DNA from: the human T2T-CHM13v2.0 reference genome, Homo sapiens
Strand: one strand, 5' to 3'
Length of the DNA stretch: 64,000 bases
Assembly: GCF_009914755.1 (NCBI RefSeq)
Contig: NC_060930.1
Shown here: positions 17,639 through 32,191 of the stretch, piece by piece
Layout: each line of letters opens with the position of its first letter
Position numbering within the stretch: the first letter of the stretch is position 1
The notes under the pieces: generated by a model
The model's input: only the letters and a program-made list of their open reading frames with translations
What the model was told of the DNA's origin: nothing
The model's database searches: none
Position numbers and translations under genes: made by a program

Positions 17639-19465
17639 ATTTTTTTTTTTATAGATTCAGGAGGTACATGTGCACTTTTGTTACATGAATATATTGAGTA
17701 GCAGTGAGGTCTGATTTATTGATGCAACCATCACCCAAAAGTGTACATTGTATCTATTAAGTAATTTCCCATTCCTCACCCACTTCCCACCTGCCCACAT
17801 TCCAAGTCTCCAGTATCTATTATTCCACTCTGCATGTTTGTGTGTACACACTATTTAGCTCCCATTTATAAAGTGAGAACATGTGGTATTTGACTGTATG
17901 TTTCTGAGTTATTTCACTTAAGATAATGGCTTCCAGTTCCATCTGTATTGCTGCGAAGATGTGATTTCATTCTTTTTTATGGTTGAGTAGCATTCTATCA
18001 TATATATAAAATATTTATATATTTATATTATATATATATTCAGCACTAAATACTGAAATATGTAGTATTCCATGATATACATAGTGTATCACTATACATA
18101 TAGTGTGTGTATACACACTCATCCCCGACATTTTCTCTATCTAGTCATCTGTTAATGGACATTTAGGTTAATTTCATATCTTTGATATTATAAATAGGGC
18201 TGTGATAAGCATATCAGTGTATGAGTGTAGATATCTTTTTAATATAATGATTTCTTTCCTTTGGGTAGATACCCAGTAGTGGGATTGCTGGATTGAATGG
18301 TAGTTCTGGTTTTAGTTTTTTAAGAAACCTCTATACTGTTTTTGATAGAAGTTGTACTAATTTACTTTCACACCAACAGTGAACAAGAAATAATAGTATT
18401 TCTTGACTTTCTAATAATAGCCATCCTAACTGGTTTAAGATAATATCACATTGTGGTTTTAATTTGCATTTCTCTGGTGATCAGTGATGTTGGCTATTTT
18501 TTCACATGCTTATTGACCATTTTTATGTATTCTTTAGAAAATTTCTATTCAAGTGTTTTGTCCACTTTTTAATGGGGTTATTTGTTTTTTTCTTGTTGAC
18601 TTATTTGAGTTCCCTGTAGATTCTGGATATTAGTCCTTTGTCAGATGCATAGTTTGCAAATATTTTCTCTCATCATATTGGTTTTTTGTTCACTCTGTTG
18701 ATTATTTCTTTTGCTCTGCAGAAGCTTTATGGTTTAAGTCCTACTTGTCTATGTTTGTTTTTGTTGCATTTGCTTTTGAGGTCTTAGTCATGAATTCTTT
18801 GCCTAGGCCAGAAGAGTTTTTCTGAGGTTTTATTCTAGGAATTCTATAGTTTCAGTTTCCACATTTAAGTCTATAATCCATCCTAATGGGATTAAATGGA
18901 GTTGATTTTTTTAATATGGTGAGAAACATGGGTCCCACTTTTATTCTTCTGCATATAGCTGTCCAATTTTCCCAGTACCATTTATTGAAGAGGCTGTCCC
19001 TTCCCTAGTGTAAGTTTGTGTCAATTTTGCTGAAGATTAGTTGGCCATAGGTGTAAGTCTTTATTTCTGGGTTCTCTATTCTATTCCATTGATTTATGTG
19101 TTTATCCTTGTACCAATACCATGCTGTTTTGATTACTATAGCCTTGTAGCCTTGTAGTATAATTTGAAGTCAGATACTGTGGTGCCTCCAGCTTTGTTCT
19201 TTTTACTTAGAATTGCTTTGGTTATTTGGGCTCTTTTTTGATTCTATAAGAATTGTAGCTTTTTCTTTCTAATTCTGTGAAAAATGATACTGGTGTTTTG
19301 ATAGGAATTGCATTGAATCTGTAGATTATTTTGGGCAGTATGGTCATTTTAATGATATTGCCTCTTCTAATTCATGAGCATGGGTTATTTTCCCATTTGT
19401 TTGTGTCATCTATGATTTTTTAATCTATGTTTTATAGTTTTTCTTGTAGAGATATTTCACTTCAT
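17639..19465 (-). mobile_element. L1 (L1MA/L1PB-like) 3' ~1.8 kb with internal deletions and a TA-rich patch
   Basis: Poly-T followed by reverse-complement L1 3'UTR and ORF2 C-terminal sequence (e.g. GATACCCAGTAGTGGGATTGCTGG, GAATTGCATTGAATCTGTAG). Confidence 0.88.
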
Positions 19466-19661
19466 TAGACATTTAGTTATGTATCATCTATCTCTCATCC
19501 ATACACCAAGGAAACCCTATGTTATAGGTGCCAATAATGATGTCTAAAATAAATTAGATAAAACAAAAGTGTTTCAAATTAAGTGGAGAAAACCTGACTA
19601 CAGTTTTACATGTTACTTTTCCCAGGAATATTTGCACTTTAAAAGAGCATAACTAAAACAT

Positions 19662-19910
19662 ATAGGTACTATGAACAAGTCTAGAGATCTAATGTACAAC
19701 ATGAGGATTATGGTTAATAAAATTGTATTGGGGATTTTTGTTAAATGTGTAGATTTTAACTGTTCTTGTCATAAAAAAGTAACCATATGAGATGATGTAT
19801 ATGTTAATCTGCTTCACTATGGTAATCATTTTACTATCTACATTTATCCCATAATATCATGTTGTAAGCCTCAAATATACATGACAAAATTTATTTTTAA
19901 AATAATAAAA
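19662..19910 (+). mobile_element. L1MA 3' end fragment
   Basis: GAGATCTAATGTACAACATGAGGA...TATGTTAATCTGCTT...AAATATACA plus A-rich end. Confidence 0.7.
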
Positions 19911-21569
19911 ATGCTTTAAAAGATAAAACATTAAACAGCATCACTGGAGAGCTATTCCTGAAATCCCAAAAAATGGTTCTTACTGGTGGTGTTAGAATCA
20001 CTAATGATAAGCTAATGAAGTTTCACAGAGTTCAAAGACCTTAAAATCTCATTTCATAAATACACTCCTCCTATTAGCCTAAACATGAACTTGGATCTGT
20101 TTGCAAAAAATTTTCAATAACCTTAAAAGGGTTTGCACAGTCTCCCACTTCACTATTCTGTGCCTCAGGATGTGACAATGCTTATAAATCCCACAATTTG
20201 TCCTCAGAGGGTGTCTTGATCAACATCTCTCTGCTGCCACTGGCACACTCCTGGCTCAGTCATGACCCCATTCCCCTATTCCAGCTTGTTGACTAAATCC
20301 TCATCTGATGTCTCTCCACAAAAATTCAGAAGCATTTTCTCAGATAAATATTTATTCAATCATTTTAAATTAATTTCCAAGAAAAATGTGGGATTTAATT
20401 TAAAATGTAAGAGTACATTTCTCTTGCATTTCCCCTGTAATCAAAGAGTGAGATCATCCACTTGCATAGCACACTTGGAGACAGGCTGAATGTTGAGTAA
20501 CATTATCCTGTCACAAATAGAGTAACGTGTTCAATTATCAGTGATGCCTCGCCCTCAATAGAGTGTAAGCTGAAGGGTAACCAGGAGAGATCCTCGGTTC
20601 CAGGGCTGGTAGTTTTGTGACCTAAACTCAAAAGCTAATTCTGCTTGGCACAGTGTAGAGTTTCCTGCTCCCTCCCTGCTGCTCTAGAAAGGCAGGGCTG
20701 TGTTAAATCATGGTGCTTAAGGTAATCAATTCACAAGCATGGATGAGCACCTCAATTCTGAGGAGCTCTCACTGTGCTGGAAGAGCTAGGGTTTGGCACT
20801 TAACCTCCTTCTGACTCAGCTTCCAAATTCCATGCAGGGATTTGTGAGGCCTTTACACTTGCTTTGCCAGTACACTTGTGTGTATGTGTCAAGAGTTGAA
20901 GGATGGTATGAACAGGAAGAATTAACACAGAAGCATGAGAACGGAGTAGGGCGAAAAGTGACTTCTGACTTTCCTGAGCTGGGTTGTTACCATGTTCACC
21001 CAGCAGAAGGCACTGGCTTTAAGAAGAAAAATAAAGAAGGCTCTTCAGCACTTAAAATATATCACACCAAAAATCACCAAACGTGCTCCCAGTGGCATCT
21101 GTAACTTAGGTAGTAAACCTCTCACCTTGCCTACATTGTTAGCCCAAAGACACCAAAGAGGCTGCACATCAAAGTGAAAATGCAAAGCTGGGAATGATTC
21201 AATTTACTTTATAAAATAAAAAATCCTGCTGCCCTTTCATGAAATTATACTGTGTGCTTACAAATATGAATGTAAATGTATAACATAAAACATGAATGTT
21301 TGTATGGAATATTGTAATGAACATTTGTCATTTTTGGATGTCTAGCAAATAACCATTTTTCCTGTTTGAGAAGAAACCTAAATCCTAAAGTAAAGGTGAG
21401 ATTCAGGCTCCATTTCTTACTACCTAAAAAACAAGAAAGACTGTGTTCTTCAGCCCTTTGGCAGCTAGCAGTGGGTATCAGGCATAGAATCAACCAATAG
21501 ATGCCCCAACTGAGATTTTGAACATTGGAACCTTCAAACCTTGAGAGAATGATACAAGTTTAGAGAAAA

Positions 21570-22280
21570 TTAAGACTTTAATAAAATACCAACAGAATCA
21601 GCCACAATATATAAAAAAAATTTACACCATGACCAAGTAGTTTAAATTTGAAAATAAGTGTAATACATCATATCAGTAGAATAAAGGACAAAATCCACAT
21701 GATCATCTAACTAGATTCAGGAAAAAAAAGCATTTTACAAAATCTAAAATTCCTTCATGACAAAACACTCAATAAACTAGGAATAGTATACAACTTTCTC
21801 AATCTGATAAATAACACCTATAAAAACTAAGCTAACATCATACTTATGGAGAAAGACTGAATGCTTTTCCCTAAGACTAGGAAGAAGACAAAAGTGTTTA
21901 TTCTTGCCACTTTTATTCAACATTGTATTGGCGGTCCTAGCCAGGATAAGTTGCAAGATAATGAAAGGTAACCAGATTGAAAAGGAATGACTAAAATTAT
22001 CTCCATTTTCAAGTATCATTATCTTGCATATAGAGAATCTAGAAAAAATCACTAAAAAATTAATTTGAACGAATACATTCATTCAGCATGTTTATGGACT
22101 ACAAGAAAATAAATTTTATTTCGATACACTAGCAATGAACAATCTGAAAATGAAATTAAGAAAATAATTGACTTACAATAACATCAGAAAGAATTAAACA
22201 CTGAGGAATAAATTTAATGTAAGGGCAAAATATATACCTTAAAAACTACAGAAATATTGTTGAAATAAATAAAGAAAAAA
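21570..22280 (+). mobile_element. Old L1M ORF2 (RT-region) fragment
   Basis: Degenerate homology to the L1 RT at about 4580-5320 of this window (CACCATGACCAAGT, TTCAACATTGTATTGG, CTAGCCAGG). Confidence 0.75.
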
Positions 22281-23034
22281 TTAGTGTTTACTCAGAGCAG
22301 CTATGATAAAGTTGAGACTCAAGCAATAGCAGAGGGTCTAAGGATAAGATGATGGTGGCAATAGGGACTGATGTCCTGGAAACCACATCCAGTAACAATG
22401 GAGACAGCAGCAGCATCAGCAAACTTCACAGGGTGAAATTTTGGCTGTGACATCATTCCAAATTTTGGTCCACCTCCATGTCTACCTCTTCAGCCATCCC
22501 TTAAGTTCAGAAAACTATGTATTGTCCTGTCAATAAATTCCATTTAGTCAGAGTTGTTTGCTTTGTTTTTTGTAACCCAGACCCAGACTTCTATAGGTAT
22601 CACTGCTCAGTTTTCTCCTGCCTCTAACGACTTGGCTTATTTCCATTTTGTTAGAAAAGGAAAAGTTCTTATAATTTCCAAAAAATATTTTTATCAATTT
22701 ATACGTACCCATTGGTTTCCAAATGTTTAACTCATTTCCACAATAACCTTATAATTTAGTATAACTTTGTAAAGTACATATTATGAACCCTATTTTAATA
22801 TGTGAGAAAACTCAAGTTAAAAGAAGTTACATGATTCCTTAAAAGGAGGTAGACTCCAGATGGAAATCCAGATCTACTGAGTATAGATCCCAGGCAATAT
22901 CTACTGTAGTAAGCTGTTTCCTTGATTTTCTGGCCTCAAAGCACAGAAAGCATATTAGATTGCCTCTTCCTAAGGAGAATGACATCTCCCAAAGTTTTAT
23001 TTTCTTTTGTTTTTGTTTTTCAGTTTGTTTGTTT

Positions 23035-23738
23035 TTATAGTAAGAACACTTAATATATGGTTTGCAAATATTTTCCTTTTGAACCTGAGATCTACCCTCC
23101 TAACATTTTGAAATACATAATACAACATTGTTAGCTATAGGGACTATGTCATATGGCATATCTTTATAATCTGCTTATCTGACATAAGAGAAACTTTATA
23201 CTAATGGAACAACTCCCCATTTCCTCCACCCCTCTGGTCTGGGAAACCACTATTATATTCTTTACCTCTATGAGTTTAACTATTATAGACATCACACATA
23301 AGCGGGATCATGCAATATTTGTCCGTCTGTGAGTGGCCTATTTCCCTTAACATAGTGTGCTCCAGGTTTATTATGTTGTGCAAATGGCAGGATTTTCTTC
23401 TTTTTTAATAGTGAATAATATCTTATTGTATGTATATACCACATTTTTAAAATCCATTCATCTGTCTATGGACACTTGTGTTGCTTTTTTATCTTGGCTA
23501 TTTTGAAGAACACTGCAAGGAACATGGGAGTGCAGATATATCATGGTGAACCTGATTTCAGTTTTTTTGGATATATATCCAGAAGTAGGATTCTTGATTT
23601 ATTTATATAATAGTTCTATTTTTAACTGTTTTGAGGAAACTCCACACTGTTTTTTGTAGCTGATGCACCATTTTACATTCTCACCAACAATGTGCAAGAG
23701 TTCCAATTTCTTCACATCCTCACTAACACTTATCTTTT

Positions 23739-23777
<39 letters not shown>

Positions 23778-24075
23778 GCATTCTAACAGGCATGAATAAT
23801 ATCTCATTATAATTTTATATTAATTGCTCTAATGATCAATAATGTTGAGCATCTCATATACCTATTGGCTGTTTATATGTCAATAGGAGAAATTTCTGTT
23901 CCAGTCCTTGCCTATTTTTTTAATTCTTTTGTGTTTATAATCCTTGCCTATCATTTAGATAGATTATAATATAATATATATATATGGCATTTAGTGACAG
24001 GAGTTCCCTACATTTCCTTACATATTTTGGAAATTAACCCCTTATCTGATATATTGTTCACAGATATTTTCCTTT
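23035..24075 (-). mobile_element. L1MA/L1MB 3' fragment containing (TA)n at ~23742-23773
   Basis: Reverse-complement L1 3' features (ATATACCACATTTT, AACATGGGAGTGCAGATAT, ATTAACCCCTTATCTGATATA). Confidence 0.78.
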
Positions 24076-24970
24076 TGATTTCCTTGTAGCTATCACAGTT
24101 TTTCTGAAAATCCAGGAGTGCCGTCATGTACTTCTGATGCTGACCTCTCCTGGCCATTTGTGGTATAGCAGCTCCTTCAACGTAGCACACAATATTGAGG
24201 CAGCTGTCATCTGTTCACTGTTACAGATGAGCTGAAATGACCAGAGGCGCCTGAGAGGCTAACACTGCTAGGATGCACGGCCAATAATTCTAAATTCCCT
24301 TTACACAACTCTTGCCGTTATCCAAATCCAAGTTTGTAATAGGTGGGGACTCCTAAGAGCTCTCTCACCACTCAGCCTGAGGCAACAGATTCCTCTGTTG
24401 TGGATACCTCTAGACTCAGGGATTTTCCAAACTCGGTTTCCATCATTGATTCGAATTCTCTCATTCTCATCTGTGTTTCCTGGTTTCACACCTTTCTTTG
24501 CCTAATTTAACAATGTGCCTCGCTTTGATAATTGTGTCTCCACACTAGATAATAAGGATATTAAATTTGGTAGCAATATCAATTCAGAGAGAAGAAAAGC
24601 TGAACCCTTTCACATCTGAAATTCCATCTTTCACTTTAGGGAACTTTTAAAGTAAGGAGCTCTGTCCTAATATCTGAAATGATAATCCAGCTGCAGTTGA
24701 AAACAAAGCCTTCATTTTGGTCGGGTACCATGGACAATAACGACACTACTAAGAAATTTCATGGGTCATAAATTTTTTTAAGCCACTGACAACCAGCCCA
24801 GTCCAATTACTTGATAGGTGCATTTGTCAGTCATTCAAGCTCTATTTCCTCTTCATACTAAGAGTTAACTGCTGGATAGGATATAATCAGAAAGCACAGC
24901 TTTAACATGAAGATTATCCAACGTATTTGTACCATTTATATTATGGTTGTAGCCTGATAAACCATTTTAG

Positions 24971-25296
<326 letters not shown>

Positions 25297-25879
25297 GACA
25301 CAGGTTCTTAATAATAGGCTTGGAATTTTTCCAAGGGAAATTTCCTTAAAAAGCATACATATGATTTTGAGCATTTCTGAGTATAAATGTGGTCAATCCT
25401 ATTGAAATTAAATTATAATATAGGCCATTAAATAATGTAATTTGATACATTGACCTCAGACATGAGAAAGAGAAATGAGGGAGACATTAGCACAATGATG
25501 GGAGTATGAGAGCTATTTACCCAAGAGGTTATGAAGCTTTGCATTGTTACCAGTCGCAGAGTCACAGTTAGAAGCTGTCCTCCATCACAGTTTTCATTTG
25601 TGTTGACTCTTTTCATCTTGCCTATAGTATTTCTGCTTTCAATTTAAGTCTTGTTTATTTCAGGCCTTGCGTCTGTGGCATCCTGATAATGACACGGTCA
25701 TATAATCTTAACAATCAATGTGTCTATGTTTTCTTGGAGTGTAATTTCTTTGCCTTTGCAAGGAGTTGATGAATATTAGTACCCATTTTACAAAAACATG
25801 AGAAGAAAATAAGTACAATTATAATCAAACAGGGAGTACTTAAGAATCTAACCTTGGCCTTGACACTGTGAAGGATATA

Positions 25880-26310
25880 ATAGAAGTAGAATCCTTTGGG
25901 GTACAAGGAACAGAATATGCAGCTTAAAAGTGGTTTAATTGATAAGAACAGTTATTTTCTTCTATAACAAAAGTTCTGGAGGCGAAGTAGTTTCAGGGTG
26001 TAGGTAGTAGTTCAACAACAGAACAAGAGCCCATGTTCCTTATACCTTTCCACTCTGCCACACATAGATAACTGGCACTCATTTTTGGCTTTTCTCTTGG
26101 GGTGGCAAGATTACCATCATGGTCCCGGGCAACCACAGCAAGACAGAAAACAGAAAATTTTATTTTCATGCATTTAAAAAAAACAGGAAGCAAAATTTAT
26201 CCCAGAAATCACACAGCGGGTTTCCACTCAGGACTCCTTGGCCAAAATTGAGTCCACTGCCCAGGTTCTAGCTGCAAGTGATACAGGAGAAAGAATATTA
26301 GACATATTTA
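25880..26310. mobile_element. Old MaLR LTR (MLT1J/K/L-like)
   Basis: GGTACAAGGAACAGAA..., GGCAAGAT..., CCTTGGCCAAAATTGAGTC...CTAGCTGCAAG resemble old MLT1; boundaries approximate. Confidence 0.5.
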
Positions 26311-27277
26311 GCCCCTACTGTGGGACCAATATTCTGCTGGCAAAGAAGTACAAAGGACCATGTAGGGTGCAGACAGCTGGTAGATGATTAGTAGGCAAAA
26401 TCTGCCACACAGTAAAAGGTATATTTTACTCTCAAGAGGCATACAATTTACTATTACTAATAACACCATGTTGTATGATAATTGACAATTCATAAAGCAC
26501 TTTCAAATAAATTATCTGACTTAATCTTTACATTACCTTGCAAAGTAAATTACCCTTTTCATATTTTTTAACAAGAAAAGTTAATATTGGTAACGAAAAA
26601 GACTAGCAATGTAGCACAAATGAAGCTTTCTTCAACTTTGTAAGTCTAGTAGTATACAAATTTAGAAATCACAGACATCAATTAGAACTAGAGTGGACAT
26701 TTAAGACTGGAGACTGAGTCAAGAAAACCACGTGCTACACAGCAGAATCACCACCAAAAATTAGCTTATCATCGAGGAGGACATTAGCAAACAAGAAAAA
26801 ATTAGCACCAAATGAGCACCTAAACTCAAAGACAGGGGCTATAAATGCAAGATCAGCCAAGAAGTTTAGTCCCACAGAATTTATTGGGCACATACTTTGT
26901 GCAAGAGTTAGCCTGTGGAGAAAGTCAGGCTAAATTAGACTTAGTCTTTGCCCTCAAAGAGCACAGTCTAATACAACACCAATTAATAAATGCTCTAATA
27001 GGAATATGAATCCCAGTATTCCATGGGCACATGGAGAAAGATGGAAAAATACAGGCAGATTTTTGAGAGGAGGTGGCATGTCACTTAACAGTAAAGAAAG
27101 GATTGAGATGAGGAGAGAGTGCATTACAGGCGGAGGCAAACATATTAGCAAAAGCAGTAATATTGAGTGTGTGTTTAGAAGGGTAAAGAAGGGAGCCTAA
27201 CAGAGCAGGTAGAATGTTGGGATAGGTGGGAATCGATGAGTGAGAAAGGATGAAGAATGGCATCTGAAGTGCAAGTG

Positions 27278-28476
27278 TTTGAGAAGTGTCCATTCATGCC
27301 CTTTGCCCATTTTTTAACGGGGCTGTTTTTTACTTGTCAATTTAAGTTCCTTATAGATTCTGGACATTAGACCTTTGTTGGGTACATAGTTTGCAAATAA
27401 TTTTTCCCATTCTTTAGGTTACTCTGTCGATAGTTTCTTTTGCTGTGCAGAAGCTTTTCAGTTTAATTAGGTCCCATTGGTCAATTTTTGCTTTTGTTGC
27501 AATTGATTTTGGAGCCCTCATCATAAAATCTTTGCCTGGACTGACATCCAGAATAGTATTTCCTAGGTTTTCTTCTAGGGTATTTATAGTTTTAGGTTTC
27601 ACATTTCAGTCTTTAATCCATCTTGAGATTATTTTTGTATGTTGCAAAAAGTAGGGGTCCAGTTTCAGTCTTCTGCATATGACTAGCCAACAGGCATATG
27701 AAAAAAATGCTCATTATCACTAATCACTAGAGAAATGCAAATCAAAACCATGATGAGTCATCATCTCGCCCTAATCAGAATGGCCATTATTAAAAAGTCA
27801 AAAAATAGCAGATGTTGGCTAGGTTGCAGAGAAAAGAGAATGCTTATACACTGCTGATGAGGATGTAAATTAATTCAGCCAATGTGGAAAGCAGTCTAGA
27901 GGTTTCTTAAAGAACTTAAAATAGAACTACAATTTATTTGACACAGCAACGTCATTATTGGGTATATACCCAAAGCAATATGAATTGTTCTACCATAAAG
28001 ACACATGCACACATATATATTCATCACAGCACTATTCACAATAGCAAAGACTCAACCTAGATGCCCATCAGTGGTAGGCTGGATAAAGAAAATATAATAC
28101 ATATACACCACAGAATACTATGCAGCCATGAAAAATAATGAGATGATGGCCTTTACAGCAACATGGATGGAGCTGGAAGCCATTATTGTATGTGAATTAA
28201 TGGAGGAGCAGAAAACCAAATACCACATGTTCTCACTTATAAGTAGGAGCTAAACATTGTGTACAGATAGACACAAAGAAGGAAACAATAAACATTGGCA
28301 CCTACTTGAGGGTGGAGGGTGGGAGGATGGTGAGGATTGAAAAACTGCCTATTAGTTATTTTCTCATTACCTGAGTGACAAAATTATCTGTACACAAAAT
28401 CCCCACTACATGCAATTTACCCATGTAGCAAACCTGCACATGAACCCCTTGAACCTAAAAAAAAAAAAAAAAAAAA
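27278..28476 (+). mobile_element. 5'-inverted (twin-primed) L1, L1PA13-16-like: 27278-27689 inverted, 27686-28476 forward
   Basis: Minus-strand ORF2 segment abuts plus-strand 3' segment at a shared GCCA; ends in poly-A 28457-28476. Confidence 0.85.
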
Positions 28477-31400
28477 CTTTTTTAAAAGAAAGACCTTTAT
28501 AATGGACCGCTTTCACTTAATGAATAGTAAATGTGTTTTCTTTTCTTTATGGAAAAAAATAAGTAAAGTGCAAGTATAAGCAAAACAAGGAGGCAAGGAG
28601 GCCGGCATGTGACAGGGAGCTTGGATGGCATTGTGAATGCCTGAGGGCCACATGGAGGAGCTGTGGGAATGAGGCTGAATGGGCCTTAAGGGGCCAGGTA
28701 ATGGGGGAAAGAGGAGATCCACATATAAGTAAGTGAGCATTCGTAAGACACAGTAGTTCTGAGTGGAGAAATGTCATGATCAAAGTATCATCCAAAAATA
28801 ATGAACCTGGCTGAAAGATGCAGCTTGTGCTGGGAAGGGTGAGTCCAGATGTGAGAGGCCATGGCAATGGTCACTATGACACAATGCCTAAGAGCAAAGA
28901 TGGTAAAAGGACTGGAAATTGGGTAGATGTGTGCCTCTGATAAATATGTCAGAAGAAAAAAAAAAGACAAAATCAGATGACAAAAGAAATATGGGGGATT
29001 AAAGAAAAATGAAAGAAATTTCCAAATATTCTAGCCTGATATACTAAAACAATGTTGATGTTGCTAAGAGAAATGAGAGCAGTGAGATAAATAATTTGTT
29101 TGGAAGGTAAAATAATGTCTGGTTTGAGATACAGTGATTTTTTGGAACTGGTAATTTGAAATGGAAATTGGAATCCAAAGTGGAAATTTTGGATAGGCTC
29201 TTACATTAATATTAATGGAGTAAGATTAGAACTAGAATTTTGGAGTGTTAGCCATAAGAAATCAGACTTGAAAAATAGCAAATATGACATTGATCTTGCA
29301 GGAGAGTAGAATATTAGGAATGTCAGTGTGGAGGTGCTGGTAGATGTTTTAGACAAAGATCAACTCACTAAAATAAGAGCGAGATTATCAGTAGGAATTC
29401 CAAAAATGCAGCTATCTAAAAGCAAAAATTAGTCAGAGTGTTTAATATTTCACAGGTTCCTGAACTTCTCCCCCTTATCCCTTTCCTCCAAGCCACCTCC
29501 TGTAAAAGGCCTTTTCTGGCCAATCTAATGTTTTTGTCTCCACACCCTCATCCCAGTGCCACCTATTAACATTATGTCTGCTGTCTGCCACATTGGACTA
29601 TAAAACTGCTTTGGTCAACATTTAGTACAACTTAGTGCTATAAAATTGACACATAACATATTCATTAAACACATACAGGAAGAATGAGAGAGTAGAAAGA
29701 GGAAGGAACAAAGGGTGAGAAGGAGAGAGAGAGGGAGGGAGGAAAGAAGGAACGAAGGAAAATTACATAAAACTATTGTATATGTGCTATGTCTAATTGG
29801 TTACACATCTGTTATGTGTTAATGCATAACATATGGTATATAAATATTTGGTGAGTAATTGAATAAAGAAACCAGAGAAATGAAGAATAAATTACAACAA
29901 AATAGATACATGTTATATAACATTTTACTAAACTCAGAAGTAATACATCAAATAATAGCCATATTTTCTGAGGCTGCAATAAAAAGTAAATGAATGAAAA
30001 ACTGTTTTTCATTTTTACCTTATCTCAAAATCAGTGTCACAATACCTCTGTTTTTCTCAATGAGAAAAATCATAGTGCCATGCCCTCCATCCGATCTTCA
30101 AACCACTAAGAAGTTTTCAATGATTTTGAAAAGTGAACATTTTCCACAGTGTCACCATCCTAGCTTCTTGTGCACGTGTCATCATAAACTTAAGTTAGTA
30201 ATATTCTTGAAAGTAAGTTGCCCAGACATCCAACCAAGTCCTATGGATGAAGAAGGTGGGGGAAATTCCACAGAACAAAACACACGAAAGAGGCAGACAA
30301 ATAGAGACATTTGCATGTATGAAACATTTGCATGTATCATACCTAACTTTCCTGAGAGCTGATACCCGTGACTGGGACTCAGCTGGCCTTCAGTCAATTC
30401 TGTCATTTTACTTAGAAAATGAGCCTCTCTTCTTGTGTTTACCTTCTGAATGATGCACTCTGACTCTGGAGCTTTGGTCTCGCTTACAAAGTAAAAATTC
30501 CAGCACATGGTCAAAATATCCCAAGTAAATCATCCTGGTGTTTTGCAAAATTCTTGACCAAATATCGGGAAGACTAGATCATTTCCTTTTGTCAGTCTTA
30601 TTTGTTCATTTATTCATTCATTTATTTTTACTGATTCTTTCTATGAGGCAGGCAGTGAAAGTTACAGAACTCTAAAAGCTAAATGCCGTATCAAAGGGTG
30701 TTTCCAAACAATCCCTTTTTGTTTCCAACTCAAGGTAATGTCAAGGAATAATCATATGTTACTTGCACTGGTTTTTCAGGCCTCCATAGGTGAGATTTTT
30801 CTTTCAGCTCAAAGGTCTGGGTAGCAGAGACTATCTACCTTAGCAGAGAAATGGACACAGATAAAGCCACCTGAGGAAAAACTCCAAGGATGTGGCCTGT
30901 CACTGCTCAGCCCACTCACTCTTCCATAAAAATATGATGATGCTGACACACTATTACAACTTTTCCTTTCAAATTTGGGACACCAAGAAGAGGCTTCTTT
31001 TATTCTTTAATAGAAAAATGAATATTAATGCTGAAAAGTACTAAACCGACAATTTCAGTTCTAGGAATGAATTTGAATAAACATTCATATAGGTGCATAC
31101 CTTGATATAACCCAAATGCTCATCAATAGGAGAATGATTACATAACTGTAGTTCTGAAATATAAAGAATGTGCAAAGAATGGGGTAGATTAATACACACT
31201 GACCTAGGACATATTAAATTTTTATAATACAATTTCTAGAACTACACATATAGAATTATGCCATTAAGATAAAACAATTTCAAAACATTTTGAAGTATGT
31301 GTTAATGATGCACGTATAACATTTTATGGTGAATATATCTAGAGACTGGGATGAAGGAGGGTTTTCACATTTGTTCTATATACTTTCATATTTTTTCACA

Positions 31401-32191
31401 TCATAGAAAGTGTGTAATCATCTGTCACCTGTATAATTTGAAAGACAAATTCTCTGTCTATATATAAGTGGTGGCATATGGGACTGACCCACAAGGGACA
31501 TGTTCAGGAGTCAGGCTTGTTGGAACTCAGGTGAACCTGAAACAGAAGAGGGAGATGAAAGGGAAGCAAGGGAGGAGAATTTATTAGGCTGGACAGATGA
31601 CACTGAAGTGAATTCTAGCACCAGTGTGTGCAGAAACTTGATTTTGTCCTGTTTAACCCTGCAAGCTGAATAAGAGCAGCTGAGAGTCTAATCATTTCTT
31701 CACCACAACTTGGCTATAAAACTTTGAGGAAGTCATTTCACCTTCTCAGTGTCAGTTTTTCCATCTGTTAGAAGAGGAAAGTGTAGAACATCAACTATGG
31801 AGAAAGATCACATAGTAAAGTTGAATTCATGGGAGCTGTGCTAGTCACATTTAAGGTCATTGACTTTATCTAATTTAGTAGCACCCAATCCACATTACCC
31901 TGAAAAAACAACTAGAACTTCCTCCTTTCTAAAATTGTTCATAGTATCCTGGCCTTTCACAGTGCTTTCATCAGTTTCTTGTGTCTCCTCTTCCCCTATC
32001 TCCTGAGGGACTACTACCAATTCCATTTAGGCAACTGAATCAGTGAATAAATGCTTTATTCTTTTTTTGCCTCTAAACAGGAAATAATTTTTAGTTTGGG
32101 ATAAAGGGCTTTTGGTCTAAGTCATCTGGAGCAGTTAGCAAGAGAGGGCAGCAGCTGAGCAGTCCTTTTGTACCAGAGGCAAATGGGCAGT

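Noticed and set aside
24236-24256. CTCF-like TGACCAGAGGCGCC
   Set aside because: One G short of the core and poorly matched 5' flank
29812-30514. 122-aa and 110-aa opposing ORFs
   Set aside because: No recognisable domain or splice architecture; lengths are plausible by chance in 64 kb
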